In this document: piece by piece, positions 26,593 through 39,442 of the stretch
Position numbering within the stretch: the first letter of the stretch is position 1
Layout of the letters: the number at the start of each line of letters is the position of its first letter
Origin: Lama glama
Taxonomy: Eukaryota
Direction: 5' to 3'
Assembly: GCA_028534125.1 (NCBI GenBank)
Contig: CM052817.1
Coordinates: 53,384,001 to 53,448,000 of the forward strand
DNA: 64,000 nucleotides
Notes under the pieces: model-generated
Databases searched by the model: none
Told to the model about the DNA's origin: nothing
Seen by the model: only the letters and a program-made list of their open reading frames with translations
Position numbers and translations under genes: made by a program

Positions 26593-27151
26593 GGTAGGGG
26601 GCAAAATTTGCCACCCTAAAATGTGTTCCTTTGGCCTGAGAATTAATTTAGGCTGATTATGTTTAAGAAACAGAAGCCTCAGAAAGTTTTTCTTGTTACC
26701 TCTTCCCTTAACTGCCTAAGAGAATTTAGACAAAGGGCCTGTGCCTAGAGTTATCACCAGACATATCTGCAAAAAGTATGGGCTAAGTGTGGTGGGGGAA
26801 ATTTACCAGGACCTAGCCATCACAGTGCACTTAGTGTCCCATTGTTTCCACATGGCTCAGGGGAAATGTGTTTACTAAACATCATTTGCTTTTCCATCTC
26901 CATGTAAATTTTCTTTTTTCCCTTGAAGTCCCAAACCACTACCCCCAACATCCTCTTTTGTTGTTAGCTGAAGATGGTATTTAAGATGAGGATTTCAGCC
27001 GTTTGGGGGAGTTGCTCAGTTTTCCTGGATCTCTCCTGTGTATACATGTTATTAAACTTAAGTTTGATTTTCTCCTGTCAATCTGTCTCATGTCAGTTTA
27101 ATTCTTAGACCATCCAGAAGAATCTAGAACGAAATATATTCCTCCCTGATA
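26593..27151 (+). mobile_element. ERV1 solo LTR, MER34-like
   Basis: Start (g)gtagggggcaaaatttgccaccctaaaatgtgttcctttggc; ATTAAA signal and ctcctgtcaatctgtctcatgtcagtttaattc 3' part; 4-bp TSD atat on both sides. Confidence 0.85.
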
Positions 27152-28057
27152 ATATTAGTAAGGAGAGAATTTGTGTTTAGAATAAATGGATTAAATTTGG
27201 CCGGTGTTTCCTTGAGTTTCTGGACCACACCTATGGTATTTCCTTCTGTTTTAGTTGCAGACAATTTGAATAAATCAAATAGTTGCACATCCACTTTGCA
27301 TGACCTGTTCAAAATATTGGCATTACCTATGGAGTGAGATTTTGGACTGAAGAACAGAAGTCACCTTTCTGTGTATTTTGGCTGGTTGTTGTAGGCATTG
27401 TAGCAGCTTGTTTCTTGGATTGATTCATACTATCAGCCAAAGGAGTTTCGTTGGCATAGAGCCCCAGAGATAAAGGGTACCAAAAGTCAAAATATAATAA
27501 TTACATTTACGTATTCACTTTCATAACATCCCAATTAAAATACCATGGTATCAATCCTTTGCAAATCAGGATTCTAGTTTTTTTGTTTGTTTTAATTTTA
27601 GGTAAAAAGTTAATTATTACACTTTGCAAATTACCTCTGAAATTTAATAAAGCATAGGTAAGTATACCTTAACTCAGGAATGAAAGCTAACACAGATCAT
27701 GAAATATTAATGCTCTGCTGCCAAATTTATAGATACACAGGAGCTTCAAACTCCTTTTTTGGCAGTAAATGTCTTGAGAAAACTTGCCTGAGGCTAAACC
27801 CTCTGGCTGACAATATCTCAGAATGCTTATCACAGGGTAGTTTTTATGCTTAAAGAGATCAAGCAGTTGATAAGCAGCAAAATCACCTCACTGGAGATCT
27901 TTAATTATAATCAAAGCTTTTTTTTTTTTAAATCACCAAATAAATAAGGCAGATAGGCTCAAATTAGTAACCAGACACCTATACAGTCATTATTTTACAG
28001 AGTCAAATACACTGGCTCCTACCAGATAGGGATGTGACAATTTTTGCCTTTGACATT

Positions 28058-28186
28058 TTCTTCTTTTTTTTCTTTTTCTTTCTTTCCCTATTTTTTTTTT
28101 TTTAAATGGGGGTACTGGGGATTGAACCCAGGACCTGGGCATGCCAAGCATACACTCTATCACTGAGCTACATCCCCATTCACTGA
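28058..28186 (-). mobile_element. Short tRNA-derived SINE (camelid Vic-1-like head plus A-rich tail)
   Basis: Reverse strand reads ggggatgtagctcagtgatagagtgtatgcttggcatgcccaggtcctgggttcaatccccagtacc (A and B boxes); TSD gcctttgacatt (28046-28057) and gcctttgatatt (28187-28198). Confidence 0.88.
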
Positions 28187-31100
28187 GCCTTTGATATTGA
28201 AAGTATAATCTGTAAATCAGACACAGGATCTACAGCATTTACAGACTTATAGTATAAATATGTACAGTTTGAATACAGCAGACTTTGAAACGCATGAAGT
28301 GAGTTATTGTTGGGTCATTTCCACCCTTACATAGCTGTCCAGTGATTTTTCCTGTGTTGCATTTGTTTTTCTCAGTTTTTTCCCTCTAAGTTTATGTTTG
28401 CCTTTTACCTCTTCACAATTCACCTTTTCCTTTCTTTTTCTTTAAGTGAGTAAACTAGCTAGTACTCATTTATATGAAATAAATCCCTTTTGTATTCCAT
28501 AAAGTATTTTCCTTTGGGGAAAGGAACCATTATGAAATTTTTATTGAGGTTTAGGAAAGCCTGGAGTTAAAAAAAAAAACTAAGCATTTTCTGCACAAGC
28601 AACATGACAAAGAAATTCTCTGAGATTTTACCACTAGTTCTGGTACACAACTCCAGCCTGACAATGTTGCAACTTCATTAATAGTAATTTGTTTTGTGAG
28701 CTACACTGGAAATACCAAGAAAATAAATACACTCAGCTAATCCTATATGTGTTTATTTTATGTAAACTAACAAAGCAAAAACACAAAGTGACTATCTGTG
28801 AATTATCTGATATAAAAATACAGATTGAAAATGGTATACACAACAACTAAAAGATGTATTATATATTTAAAGAGCCTTTCCAATAAGAAAAACAAAATAC
28901 TCATTTTGTTTTATGTTTAAAAGATGTCTGAAGATGTTTATCTAGGGCTATCGGGAAAAATCTTTGCTACAAAGGCAATGCAACTTCATATAAAATCTCA
29001 ATGCTGCTGATGGACCAGATATGCTGACAGACCATTATAATAGAAAAAATCACAAAACGAGCAGAATAGTGACTTTCTCTTGTTGAAAAGGAAAAGAGAG
29101 AAAAGTAAGGTACAGGATAAGAAGGAATGGGATGACATGGTAGTTTTGAATGAACTGGTTACAGAAAAATACTTACCAAGATAGTGATAAATTGCTTTGC
29201 CTGAACTATGGTCAATATTTTGATGCAGTTAAAGTCGATGACAATTTGCTTCACTTGCCAGACATTACTGGTATCATTAATAGTCAAAATCATGCTAAAG
29301 TTTCATGGTATTTTCCAAATCAAGTGTGTATGTGTATATACAGGGAAATACGTTATCACTGACAAGAAAGAACACCTGTTTTGTTTCCTTTTAGTATTCC
29401 TAAAATACTCGAAGAAATGAATATTTGTATTTGTAAGGCTGTTAACACAATAATTGTTGGCTAATATTGCAAAAAGTATATGTAATAAATACAATAGGTT
29501 TATGACATTTACTTTTTTAGTCTAATTTAAAAAGTAGCCATGCCTTCATAAAAGCAGAGTGATTGACTCAACATGACTTGTTATCATATAGTTAAATTTC
29601 TAAAAAATATGTATCATATAATGCCTCTCAGTTGCTTTTCTACATAAAAGTTATTCAACAATCATCTCTTCTGCCAACCCTCCAACACTCCAAACCCTAA
29701 CCAAAGCAATGTCCTAATATGCTAAGATCTTTCTATATTTTTACAGTAGTTTTTTGCACGAATAAAGTTCATTGAAAACAAACAATACAAAATTTACTCC
29801 AAATTTTTCTTATTGTTTGAAATAAAGACTGAAGAATGATTGGGTTTCTACCTTTTGACAAAATTTTCTGCTGCTCCTAAAGTGGTATTATTTAAAAATA
29901 TATTACCCAAACGAGCAACATATTCTTTGGAGGTTTTTAAAGGATCTATGTCCATTCAGAAAACACAAATGTAAAAGTGTGAAGTGAGAAAAGTAGTGAA
30001 ATCTAATGAATTTGAGTCCAAATGTTGTATTTATTCAAGTTCACCAAAGTGACTTAGTTTTAAAACACAGGGATCAAATAACTTGTCATGGGGAAATTTG
30101 TATTTGTTTTGGCTCTGCTCCACTGTTTGGAATATGACTGATACCTCTGCGCCTTTTACTATTTATACTTTCAAATGCATACTCCTAATAAAATTTATTA
30201 TTATAAAATAAATTTTGTAGCTTAATCACTTAATACTGTTACATAAATTCATATAATACCTGAGTGAGTAAAAAAATAAAGCACAAATGTGAGTGCTTTT
30301 TTGAAACATAACAACATATATATCCATCATTAATAAATGCATTAAGCATTGTAGCAGAGAAGTGTGTTATGTCAATTCACATTATACATTCCCAGTGTGA
30401 AATATGTATGTCACAAATGCCTCATTCTGTGTCTTGCATCATAGAAAACAGACTTTTGAAAAATCAAAGGGAGATATCAAAAGGAGAATTCTTTTATATT
30501 CCACTCCTTTGCTGCCACGGGACCGTGTAACACCAGCCACATCCGTGACTTCACCAGTCTTTGAAGCCGTACATGAAGTACAAGCATGCATCATTGGCTT
30601 CTAAGAGTTATTCCTTAGGATGTCAGTCCCTGTCATAGCAGCCTATTAATTTTTAAAAATACAACCGGTAGTTTTCTCAGAAGACTTATTCATTTATGAG
30701 GCCAGTGGTTATATGTATCATGCTACTCAACAAATGCAAGTGTTCTTCTTGCACCAAAATTTTTCTCTGATGTTCAATAGGGTCTATATGCCCCAATTAG
30801 TATCAGTCTTATGTTATGGGATATGGAATCTCCATAAAGCCACTCAATTGATCATAAAGCCACTCAATGATGGCAGCCTCCATTTATTAACTGATTTGTA
30901 TCTAATTTACAGAGCAAAGTGGTCTAATAGAATTGGCCATAGCTCAGGTAAGGATTTTTTGGAAACAAAAATAATGACACAATTTAAGGAAAGGGAGCTG
31001 TCCAAAAAGTGCAGGGCGCAGAATCTAAGAAATTAGAGCAAAAATATTGAGAGAAAGAGGCAAGGGAAAGATGGAGAGGAGAGTATTGAGGAGACTAGAG

Positions 31101-31697
31101 GGGAGAATGGCATGTTTAGTGAACAAATAAGAAGTGGGTTAACTTGGTAAATCTGGAAAGGAACCTCCATTACTAATGTGCTCACTGTGCTGAAACACAC
31201 AATGTTGAAAAGAAATAAATGGTAGACTGTTTTATATTCTTCTGAATACTGAAATGAGGGAAATGGTGGGCCCAAGGTTATCCTAAGTCCTCTCTTACTC
31301 TGTGTCCAATGAGTCTCCCCAGCTGCTGACCTTACCAAACAAAATGAGCCTCAAACCCACCATCACATGTTTGGCAGCACCTTACACAGAGGTGGAAGTT
31401 CCCAAACATGACCATGATCACCTTCTTCATGGTCTCGCCTTCACAGCCTGATGATCCTACTTTCTCAGACATTCCTCCAGGCTCTAGCTGTTCACCTGTC
31501 CACCCACACAAGTAATCCAGGCTGATATGATAAGTGATTATTCTCTTATCCTCCTGCTGACCCCTCCCAGACCATCACTTCCCCAGTGTCTCCCACATTT
31601 GTGTAACTTTGATTCCTATTAAACTTCTAACTTCCAAAATAACTCATAGTAATTGTTTTTTTTTTTTTCCTAATTGAACTCAAACACATTGGTACCT

Positions 31698-32161
31698 GAG
31701 GTAGACTGGCTTTATTATTGGTGTCAATTTCCATGTTTCACTGTCTCCATTCTTTTTACAGAGCATTATCACACTGACGCTTGGCTCATTATACGACTTG
31801 CTTTGGCCAAAGCACAGGTGCAATTTTGATGAGTGTGGAGACTTGAAAAATTCTTGAATGTTTCTGCTTTTTCTCATGAAACTATGCTACCCCTATGATG
31901 ACATACCTAGTGTAGCCTGCTGGAGGAGAATGTGGAGGAGAATGAAGTCATTCTAGCTGAGGCCATCCTAGACAAGTCAGAGCCCATAGACCCACCAGCT
32001 GACTGCAGATGCTTAAAGGAGCCCAGATAAGATCTGCTGAACTTGGTCTAGATCATCAGAATAGCCAGCCAAATGGAAGAACCATGAAAATTAATAAAAT
32101 TTTATTGCTTTAAGCCAGAATTTTGGGGCGAATTTAGTATGCAGAAATAAATAATTGATAT
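31698..32161 (+). mobile_element. MLT1 (G/H-like) MaLR solo LTR
   Basis: gacttgctttggccaa, gaggccatcctagac, ccaccagctgactgcagatg, ttgctttaagcca...ttttgggg motifs. Confidence 0.8.
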
Positions 32162-32819
32162 GGAGTGGTTTTTTACATCTTAGTTTTTCTTGGCACTCTA
32201 AGCAGAGTAAAGATCCTTTCTCTACAACCCCCAGCAATTTTAAGTATGTATATTATAAACATTAACAATGCCATTATTTGTACACACATTGGTTTCCTCT
32301 TTTAGAATCTAAGCAACCTACTCTCAGAAATTATGCGTTATTAACCTTATTCAACTTTATATCTACAGCATTTAGAATAGGTCCTAATAAACAGTGTTTA
32401 GCAAACACTTGTTAAAGGAAAGAAGGAAGGATTATCACTTTTTCTCTGAAACCTTCCCTATACCACTGCCCCATTCTCCATCAGGCATGCAGCATTCTAC
32501 TGCTTGCTTTCTTTGTGGATACACCTTCTATTAGATTGAAAGTAATTGGCATGCAAGGGATTTTTTCACCTCTTATCTCCTACATCTAGCAGAGTACATT
32601 GTGGAAAATACATATTAAATGAAGTAACAAAAATATTAAAATTCCTACTGCTACAATGCCTAACACAATTAAAAACAAAAACAAATAGCAATATAATATT
32701 GAAAAAGAAGGGCTTGTTAAGGATCTGTTTCATTTTAATATATTTTAATGACATTTTAATATATTTGCCAAGATGGTTATTCAAAAAGGAAGTAAAAAAA
32801 TCTTGGAACTGTTAAGCAA

Positions 32820-33030
32820 AGGACATATGTTTTTGGTCATTGAAAGTTAGGTTTGAATTTCACCTTTGTCACTAGTCTTGTGAATTTTGGAAGTCACTAT
32901 ACATTCCAAGATTTATTTTCCTCATCTTTAAAGCAAAGTCCTATTTCATAGAACTTTTGTAAAACTTAAATGAGAAGAATTTAAAGCAAGCTAATACATA
33001 GTAGATACTCAGTAAATAATAGCTATTACC
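32820..33030 (+). mobile_element. MIR SINE
   Basis: ggtttgaatttcacc...ttcctcatctttaaa...aaatgagaag...tagtagatactcagtaaataatagctatt. Confidence 0.65.
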
Positions 33031-33505
33031 TTTTATTGTTTTTTAATATTATCATCATTTTTACTATCAATATAAGCCTTCCTGGAGTTTACACTCTACC
33101 ATAGTCAATTTTGTTTCTAGAAGTAAATTTAAATTTTTAAACTCTGGCAAATAAAAGGTCAAATTTCAGTAGTCATGCATGAATTTTAAACAGTTATTGT
33201 GAGATCTTTTTCCTCTTAAAACAATACTCCTCCTCCCCTTTTGGTACTGACAATGGAAACTATCTTTTTCGTCCTGAAATCTAAGCCCTTCTCTAGGACT
33301 TAAAAGTTCTATTGAGATATGTAGTCAAAGGACTGGCCCATTTAGAAAATATTTCTTCCCTTTTTGTCTAGGAAAGGGCTGAGATTATTCTTTCAGAATC
33401 TTAAAGAATACTAACATATTATCATTTGTAAAATATCACCGTATTTTATCTCAAAGCTTTTCTGGTATAACGTACTCATTGTTCATTTGCTTACTTGTAT
33501 TCATT

Positions 33506-34000
33506 TGAGAAAAACAAAATTTTATATAACTCCTGTGGAAATAAATGTAGACCAGTCAAATGGGAATGAGCAAAGACTATCCAGAGCTTATTGTAAAGCT
33601 TGGGAGTGAGCTGCTATCACTTGAATTTGGCAGAGACTCAAGGCAGACAGAGGAGTGGGAAAGCTTTATAGTGAAAAACAGGGAAGGCTCTGATTGGAGG
33701 TTGTTGGCATGCGGACTCTGGAGGCAAGCTAAAAGAAGCAGAGCATTTAGTTTGATTGGTTAGGGGCATCCTGTGTGATTGGTAGGGGAGCATACTTCTC
33801 TTGTTCTGGTTGGTCCTAAACTGGGAGTGGGGGCAAAATTAGGGAAGCTGTCATTTATTGATCAAGTCATTATCATTCAGGGACAATTGGTATAGAAGTT
33901 GTGGTTTGGCTTCCTGGAATGGTTGCTGCAGAGTTTGTGGATTAGAGTTTTATTTTTAAACATGGTCTGAGCATTTGCGCTTTGCATATTCAGTCTCTTT
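33506..34000 (-). mobile_element. ERV1 solo LTR (MER31-like)
   Basis: Reverse strand begins agagactgaatatgcaaa...cagaccatg...aataaaactct; several CCAAT boxes (gattgg on +); subfamily name recalled from memory. Confidence 0.7.
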
Positions 34001-34119
34001 TTCCCTTTGTGTTATACACAGAGGACCCCTCAAAATACTAAAGATTTTCTTTTCATGCTAATCTACTCTTATAGAAGTGAGTTTCATAGTAAGTTTATAT
34101 ACTCAAAAATACATTTCTA

Positions 34120-35003
34120 ACTGGGAAGCAAGATGGTGGATTAGAAGGACGCTTGTAGCTCACCCTTTCCCACAAATACACCAAAACTCACATCTACGGA
34201 CCTACTCAGCCAACCAGAGCACCCACCAAACTCCGACAGAATATAGCCCTCTTCGAAAGACAAAGACACCAAAAATCTGGTAGGAGAAAAGGAAAAAAAT
34301 AAAGAAGAAAAAGCAAAACAGCAAGGGACCGATCCCACGGGAGAGGGAGCAACAAAGGAGGACAGGCACTTGTTCACTGGGTCTCCCCCCTCCAACGGAG
34401 AGGCCAGCGGGACAGAGGGGGAGCCCCCGAGGTTCAGATCTGCCCTGAGCATCCCTTGACTGACAGAACTGAGTTAAATGGGCACAAAGGGTCCCCACGA
34501 CACCCAGTCTGAGATGCAAGCCTACAGCTGGGGTGGGGACAGGCCACCCGAGTCAGGTGGAGGACTGGGGCGGCTGCACTGAGGAAGCCCCAGGGGACTG
34601 CAGGATGCTGCGTGCCCTGGCTGGGAGGGGATATGAAGCAGAACAACTTCGGTTCCCCATAATTTGCAAAAAAAAAGCAAAGCAACATGGCTGGTGTGCC
34701 CTGGGGGGAGGGGCGCCATAGCCTTTGTCTCCTCAGACCTGCATCGCCATTACTGGCACATCTCACGGGAAGAGAGGCAGGGATCAGCCACAGCCACCAT
34801 CTCCTCCTGTGCACAGTGCCTGGGCGGGGGCAGGGCCGAGACCTGAATCCGCACCCAGGGGCTCCACAACCTCCTAGGCAGAACTGAGACTTGTTTATAG
34901 CCCAAGACAGATAGGATCTTTCTGCCCTGGCACCTCAGAGAACTTGTGCCGCCAAGAATTTGACACAACATTGTGAAATAACTATTACTCAATAAAAAAG
35001 TAA
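34120..35003 (+). mobile_element. Internally deleted L1: GC-rich 5' UTR fused to the extreme 3' end and poly(A), flanked by a TSD
   Basis: Starts gggaagcaagatggtgg (YY1-like L1 start); after ~34950 reads gaatttgacacaacattgtgaaataactattactcaataaaaaa (L1 3' terminus, compare 6015-6050 and 47535-47590); TSD aaaaatacatttcta / aaaagtatgtttcta. Confidence 0.85.
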
Positions 35004-35689
35004 AAAAGTATGTTTCTACACTGGAAATAAATTATGCTTTTGAAAACATCTGTATACAGATTCCTATATAAAATAGACAGACATATTTATATTGACTTAG
35101 GTTTTCTGTCAGTTTGTTTTAGGAAGAATCTCAATTCTGCTACTTTGAATTGGTGACATTTTAAGGACATTTATGAAAACCAAGATGGAAATTCTTTCTA
35201 GACCACCAGAACAGAAGTATGATAACCTACTATCAGTGTTCTTCATTCATTGATCACAGCCCTGAGAGAAGAGTAATCTGACTGTGAAATTGCTTTTTTA
35301 CTGGAAATAATTAAATCTGATATGTAAAATAATTTATTAACGCTACAAGGTCTTTGAAAGCAATTTTGTTAGATGAATAAATTATTGCTATCTTTATGAA
35401 GAGGTCACAACAACCATAAAGCATGTATAAAAATAATTTCACAATAGAAAAGCTTTATTCTGGGTAAAACAAAGCTTCTGAGTACGGCAGCATGTTACTT
35501 TTAAGAACTCGAAAAAAACACCTCTGAATAAGAAAATTATAAAAGAAAAGTTTATAATATTAAATTGCTTGATTTAAGTGGGTTTTCCTTTAAATTAAAC
35601 CAAATATCTACAATAAGTTAAAGAAAATTATCTTCTTCAAATCATTCATTCACTTTTTCAACAAGTACTTGTTGACCACCTAGGAATCT

Positions 35690-36228
35690 AGATTGAGAAG
35701 AGCTCACATAGGGTCATCTGACATCATATACTCTGCCTGCTTGTTTTAAAAAGTTGAACCAACATTTTAAAAATCAGGACATTTCATACCAAAATCTAGA
35801 TTTCTATCTTCCCTTAAACAACATGGTGTTGTATTTGCACAGGCTAGCAACCAGCTGGAAGAGAGAAGAGGCTCCCTTCTTTAGACAGGATATGTCTGAG
35901 TCCAGACCACTCCCCACTCAAACTCTGTCTCCCTCACTTTTCCTTTATCAGAGCCCTGCCACCTTGCTACCCATAGAGAAACATTTCCTCCTACCCATGC
36001 TTCTATACAGAATTGAAAATAAAAAGCTAGACCAGTAAAATATCACATTTTAAGAAAAGGGGAAAATATATTTACTTGTGGAAATAAGACTATTTCCACA
36101 ATTAAATATGCAAACCGTCGCTATAATCAAAAAGCAAAAAAAAAAAAAAAAAGACAAAACCCAATACATTTTCAATTATGTAATACTATCATTGTGGCCC
36201 CTGCAAACTTTGGCACTAGAAGCCCTAG
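35690..36228. mobile_element. hAT-Charlie DNA transposon relic (MER102-like) inserted in an L2 3' end
   Basis: aaaaatcaggacatttcataccaaaatctagattt...cagctggaag...ctttagacagg recalled as MER102/Charlie-type; L2 tail pieces at 35640-35690 and 36230-36340. Confidence 0.55.
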
Positions 36229-36529
36229 GTAAACAAGCCAGGCTCTATGCTATTTCCATAGATATAATTGTTTGCAATATCGAGTATGTCCTTGATTTCA
36301 TAGAGCGTATAGTCTAACAGGGAGAAAACTATTAAGAATTCTAATAAAGTTAAACAAACAATTGCAGTAGAAAGGTTCCCTCCTTAACCAGTAGAAAAAT
36401 GGAAACTTTAAGGATCTATCTTTTAGTTATTCACTGGAAAAGCACAAAGGCCCAGGGAAACAGGTGTTTGCCTCACCCTGATACCTTGATCCCTCACATG
36501 GATTATTTATGCTAATAATCACCAGTTTC

Positions 36530-37590
36530 CACATTGCTGTCTACACACACTTACCTACCAAATTGTCCTCCACTCTCTTTCATGCATTTCAACCTTCTAA
36601 CTTATGATCATTAAACTTCCCTATAGCTGCCATGACTTCCCAGAATGTTCTCATGACTGGCTGATCTTCATTAAAACCTGGCTCTCTCTTATGAAAACAC
36701 TTCCAGTGAACTGCTCTTAATAGAAAGTCCTTTTTTTTATTCTTTTTTGGTCCACATACTTTAGAACCAACAGATGAGACAGGTGTTCACTTTCTTCTTT
36801 AATGCTGTATTCAGGTAATTAATCCTTCCACTTTCTTCTGAGAGAATGAATGTTTATCTTCTCTTCCTGGGCCACCCTCTTGGGTCCTGATATCATCTAC
36901 TGAACTACTCCCTACTATTTGTTGAAGACATCTCTCAGGGCAAAGAATTTCTCCCTACCTCATTACCATTCTCTGTTACTTCAACATGGACATTGAGAAA
37001 TTAGCCTCACCCAATCTCTTTGGTCCTTGAATTCTTATCCCTTCTCTAACTTAGACACCCATTCCCATATTTACTTTTGACTTCATTAGAAATCCAACTA
37101 CATGTGAAATGTGGACTTCAGACAGTTCAATTCCTAACCCCTCTCCAGCCCTCTTGGTATAACTATCATTTTATTAGCACTTTCCCAGGTTTTTTCTTTT
37201 TTGTCCAGGTTGATTACACAGTATGCCACTAAAATCACTCATTTGCGCACACCCTCAACTCTTTCGTCCCTTTTTTCCTCCATTTTTCACCCTAGGAGAA
37301 CTCTTGTTGAATGCTAACCTACACCATTTCACTGCCTGTAATTGAGTATATGAATATTTCCAGGGCAAGGAAAATCATACAATGGCATATTTCACAGTAA
37401 AGTCATAATCACATTTCTCAAATGAGCACAAAATCAGTAACTCCTAGAACTCCTATGATGTTTCCTCAGAGTATTTGTTTTCCATCATTGAGATAAGTTA
37501 TCACATCATTTCTCTACATTCTCAACTCCATTGTGTTAAATGATCTACGTAATATTTTATTGAGAGAACTGAAGACATCAAACAAAACCT
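36530..37590 (+). mobile_element. L2 ORF relic (endonuclease region)
   Basis: attaaaacctggct corresponds to the TETWL-like APE motif; acttcaacat...ggacattg (DFN-like); pyrimidine-rich. Confidence 0.55.
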
Positions 37591-37900
37591 CTTTGGCAGA
37601 AACTGCTAGGCACCTCAAAATATCCATTCAGTCTTTCTGTTTTTTAAGTAACAGAACTCCATTCTTTCCATATTGCCACTGGCTAAAAGATTTTATATCT
37701 CCGAATTCCTTGAAGTTGGGTATGGCCCTATGACTTACTTCCAGCCAAGGAGATGTAAACAGAAATGTATGACATCTTCATAAAGTTCATTAGAAGCTAT
37801 GGATGTGGCCCCCTTTTTTTTATTTTTTCACTCTCTCCAACTTACTGCCTACAAACTAAAAATAATTGTGGTGACTTTTATGCTAAAAGGCAGAACCTTT
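37590..37900 (+). mobile_element. Old LTR fragment (MLT1J/LTR33-like)
   Basis: tggcagaaactgctagg...aacagaactcc...tggccctatgacttacttccagccaaggagatgtaaacagaa. Confidence 0.6.
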
Positions 37901-38321
37901 TTTGAGAAAAAGAGAAAAGGGTCAAGTAAAAAGAATGAAGAAGACTCACTGCATGTCAAGGTAAAAGATCATTTGGGGGCTTTGTCAATTATTGCTTCAG
38001 GGGAATGGGAGAATTAGAAAACACTGCAGGAAACTGAATGAAAGGTAGGAAAAAGAGACAACCTATAAAAATCTTTCAAGAAGTGTGCTTATGAAAGAGA
38101 TGAGAGAGATGGAAAAGAAAACTGAGGAAGAAATATAAATTAAGTTTTTTTTAAAGAGAGGTGCATGATTATTTTCACATTTTTAAAAAATTTACTAAAG
38201 GGGTATATGGTGATTTTAACAAGTTTATCAATCTAAAGTTGACTAAAAGAAGGATTAATATTTTCTCCACATCTCTCCTGTTCTAGCCCCCTCAACAACC
38301 TGTTCTTTGTCCTTATTACTA

Positions 38322-38831
38322 TTTTATTTTTAATTTAAAATGTTGTGTCAATTTCTGATGTACAGCATTATAGTTCAGTCATATATATATACATACATAT
38401 ATTCATTTTCATATTCTTTTTCATCATAGGTTACTATAAAATATTGAATACAGTTCCCTGTGCTATACAGAAGAAAATTGTTGTTTATTTATTTTATGCA
38501 AAGTAGTTAGTATCTGCAAATCTCAAACTCCCAATTTATCCCTTTCCACTGGCTTACTTCGCTTAGAATGACAATCTCCAGGTCCATCCATGTTGCTGCA
38601 AATGGCATTATTTTATTTCTTTTTATGGCTGAGTAGTCATTGTATAAATATATCAAAATTTCTTTACTTAGTCATCTGTCAGTGGATATTTAGGTTGTTT
38701 CCATGTCTTGTCTATTGTAAATAGTGATGCTGTGAACACTGGGGTGTATGGATCTTTTCAAATTAGAGTTCCCTCCAGACATATGCCCAGAAGTGGGACT
38801 GCTTGATCATACGGCAAGTCTATTTTTAGTT
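38322..38831 (-). mobile_element. Camelid-type L1 3' fragment with an internal deletion
   Basis: aatgttgtgtcaatttctgatgtacagc...ccaggtccatccatgttgctgcaaatggc...; flanked by ttattactattt / ttattatcattt. Confidence 0.92.
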
Positions 38832-38929
38832 TATTATCATTTTTAACACAATATTGTTTTAATTTTCTCTCCTGTAAAGTGGGGATAATACTGCCAGCAT
38901 CAAAGGTTGGTAAATACCACATTTGCTAT

Positions 38930-39442
38930 TATTCTTTGGCAGCTGAACCTGTGATTGGTTTGCTTACTTTCAGATCCCTTCCCTGATACCCCTTGCTCTG
39001 CTCTACACCACAGATGCGTGGCTCCTCCATTTCCTGAGCTCCTTTGTCTCTTGGCTTCTAATTAGTTTCAAGATCCTGGATGCACTAGCAGAATACTATA
39101 GGAGAGAACAGAAAGAAGTCAGGATATTAACCTCTCTCTTTGACTTGGCTCCAAGTCAGGCCTCAGCAGGAGCTGCCTATCCTTCACTGTGTGAGCTCCC
39201 TTGGAGACTCTCAGTCCCTGAACTCACAGCACCATCTTCTCCCACTGGGTTTGATACACTGTCCCACTATATCATTTTGGATGATAGCAGCTTTCACTTG
39301 TTCTAAGTTCTGGGTGTCTTACTATCACCCAATTGGTTTTTCCTGTCTTTTATCATTTCTCCAACTAGTTTCCAATGTTATATTCCCTCTATTATACCAC
39401 CTGGCATGGGTTCTCTCTTCTTGACTTTGCCCTGATTGATAT
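38930..39442 (+). mobile_element. ERVL LTR (LTR16-like)
   Basis: Ends ...ttcttgactttgccctgattgata, similar to LTR16-class 3' ends. Confidence 0.5.

Noticed and set aside
28105..28180. tRNA-like sequences here and at 58005-58074
   Set aside because: A-rich tails, a TSD and a damaged A box indicate SINE heads, not tRNA genes.
29150..29420. Overlapping 70-aa ORFs and a minus-strand GTAAGT donor at ~29176
   Set aside because: No recognisable peptide; weak acceptors; length compatible with chance.
34077..34992. Dense cluster of ORFs and CpG-island-like composition
   Set aside because: Explained by the GC-rich L1 5' UTR, not a host gene promoter or CDS.
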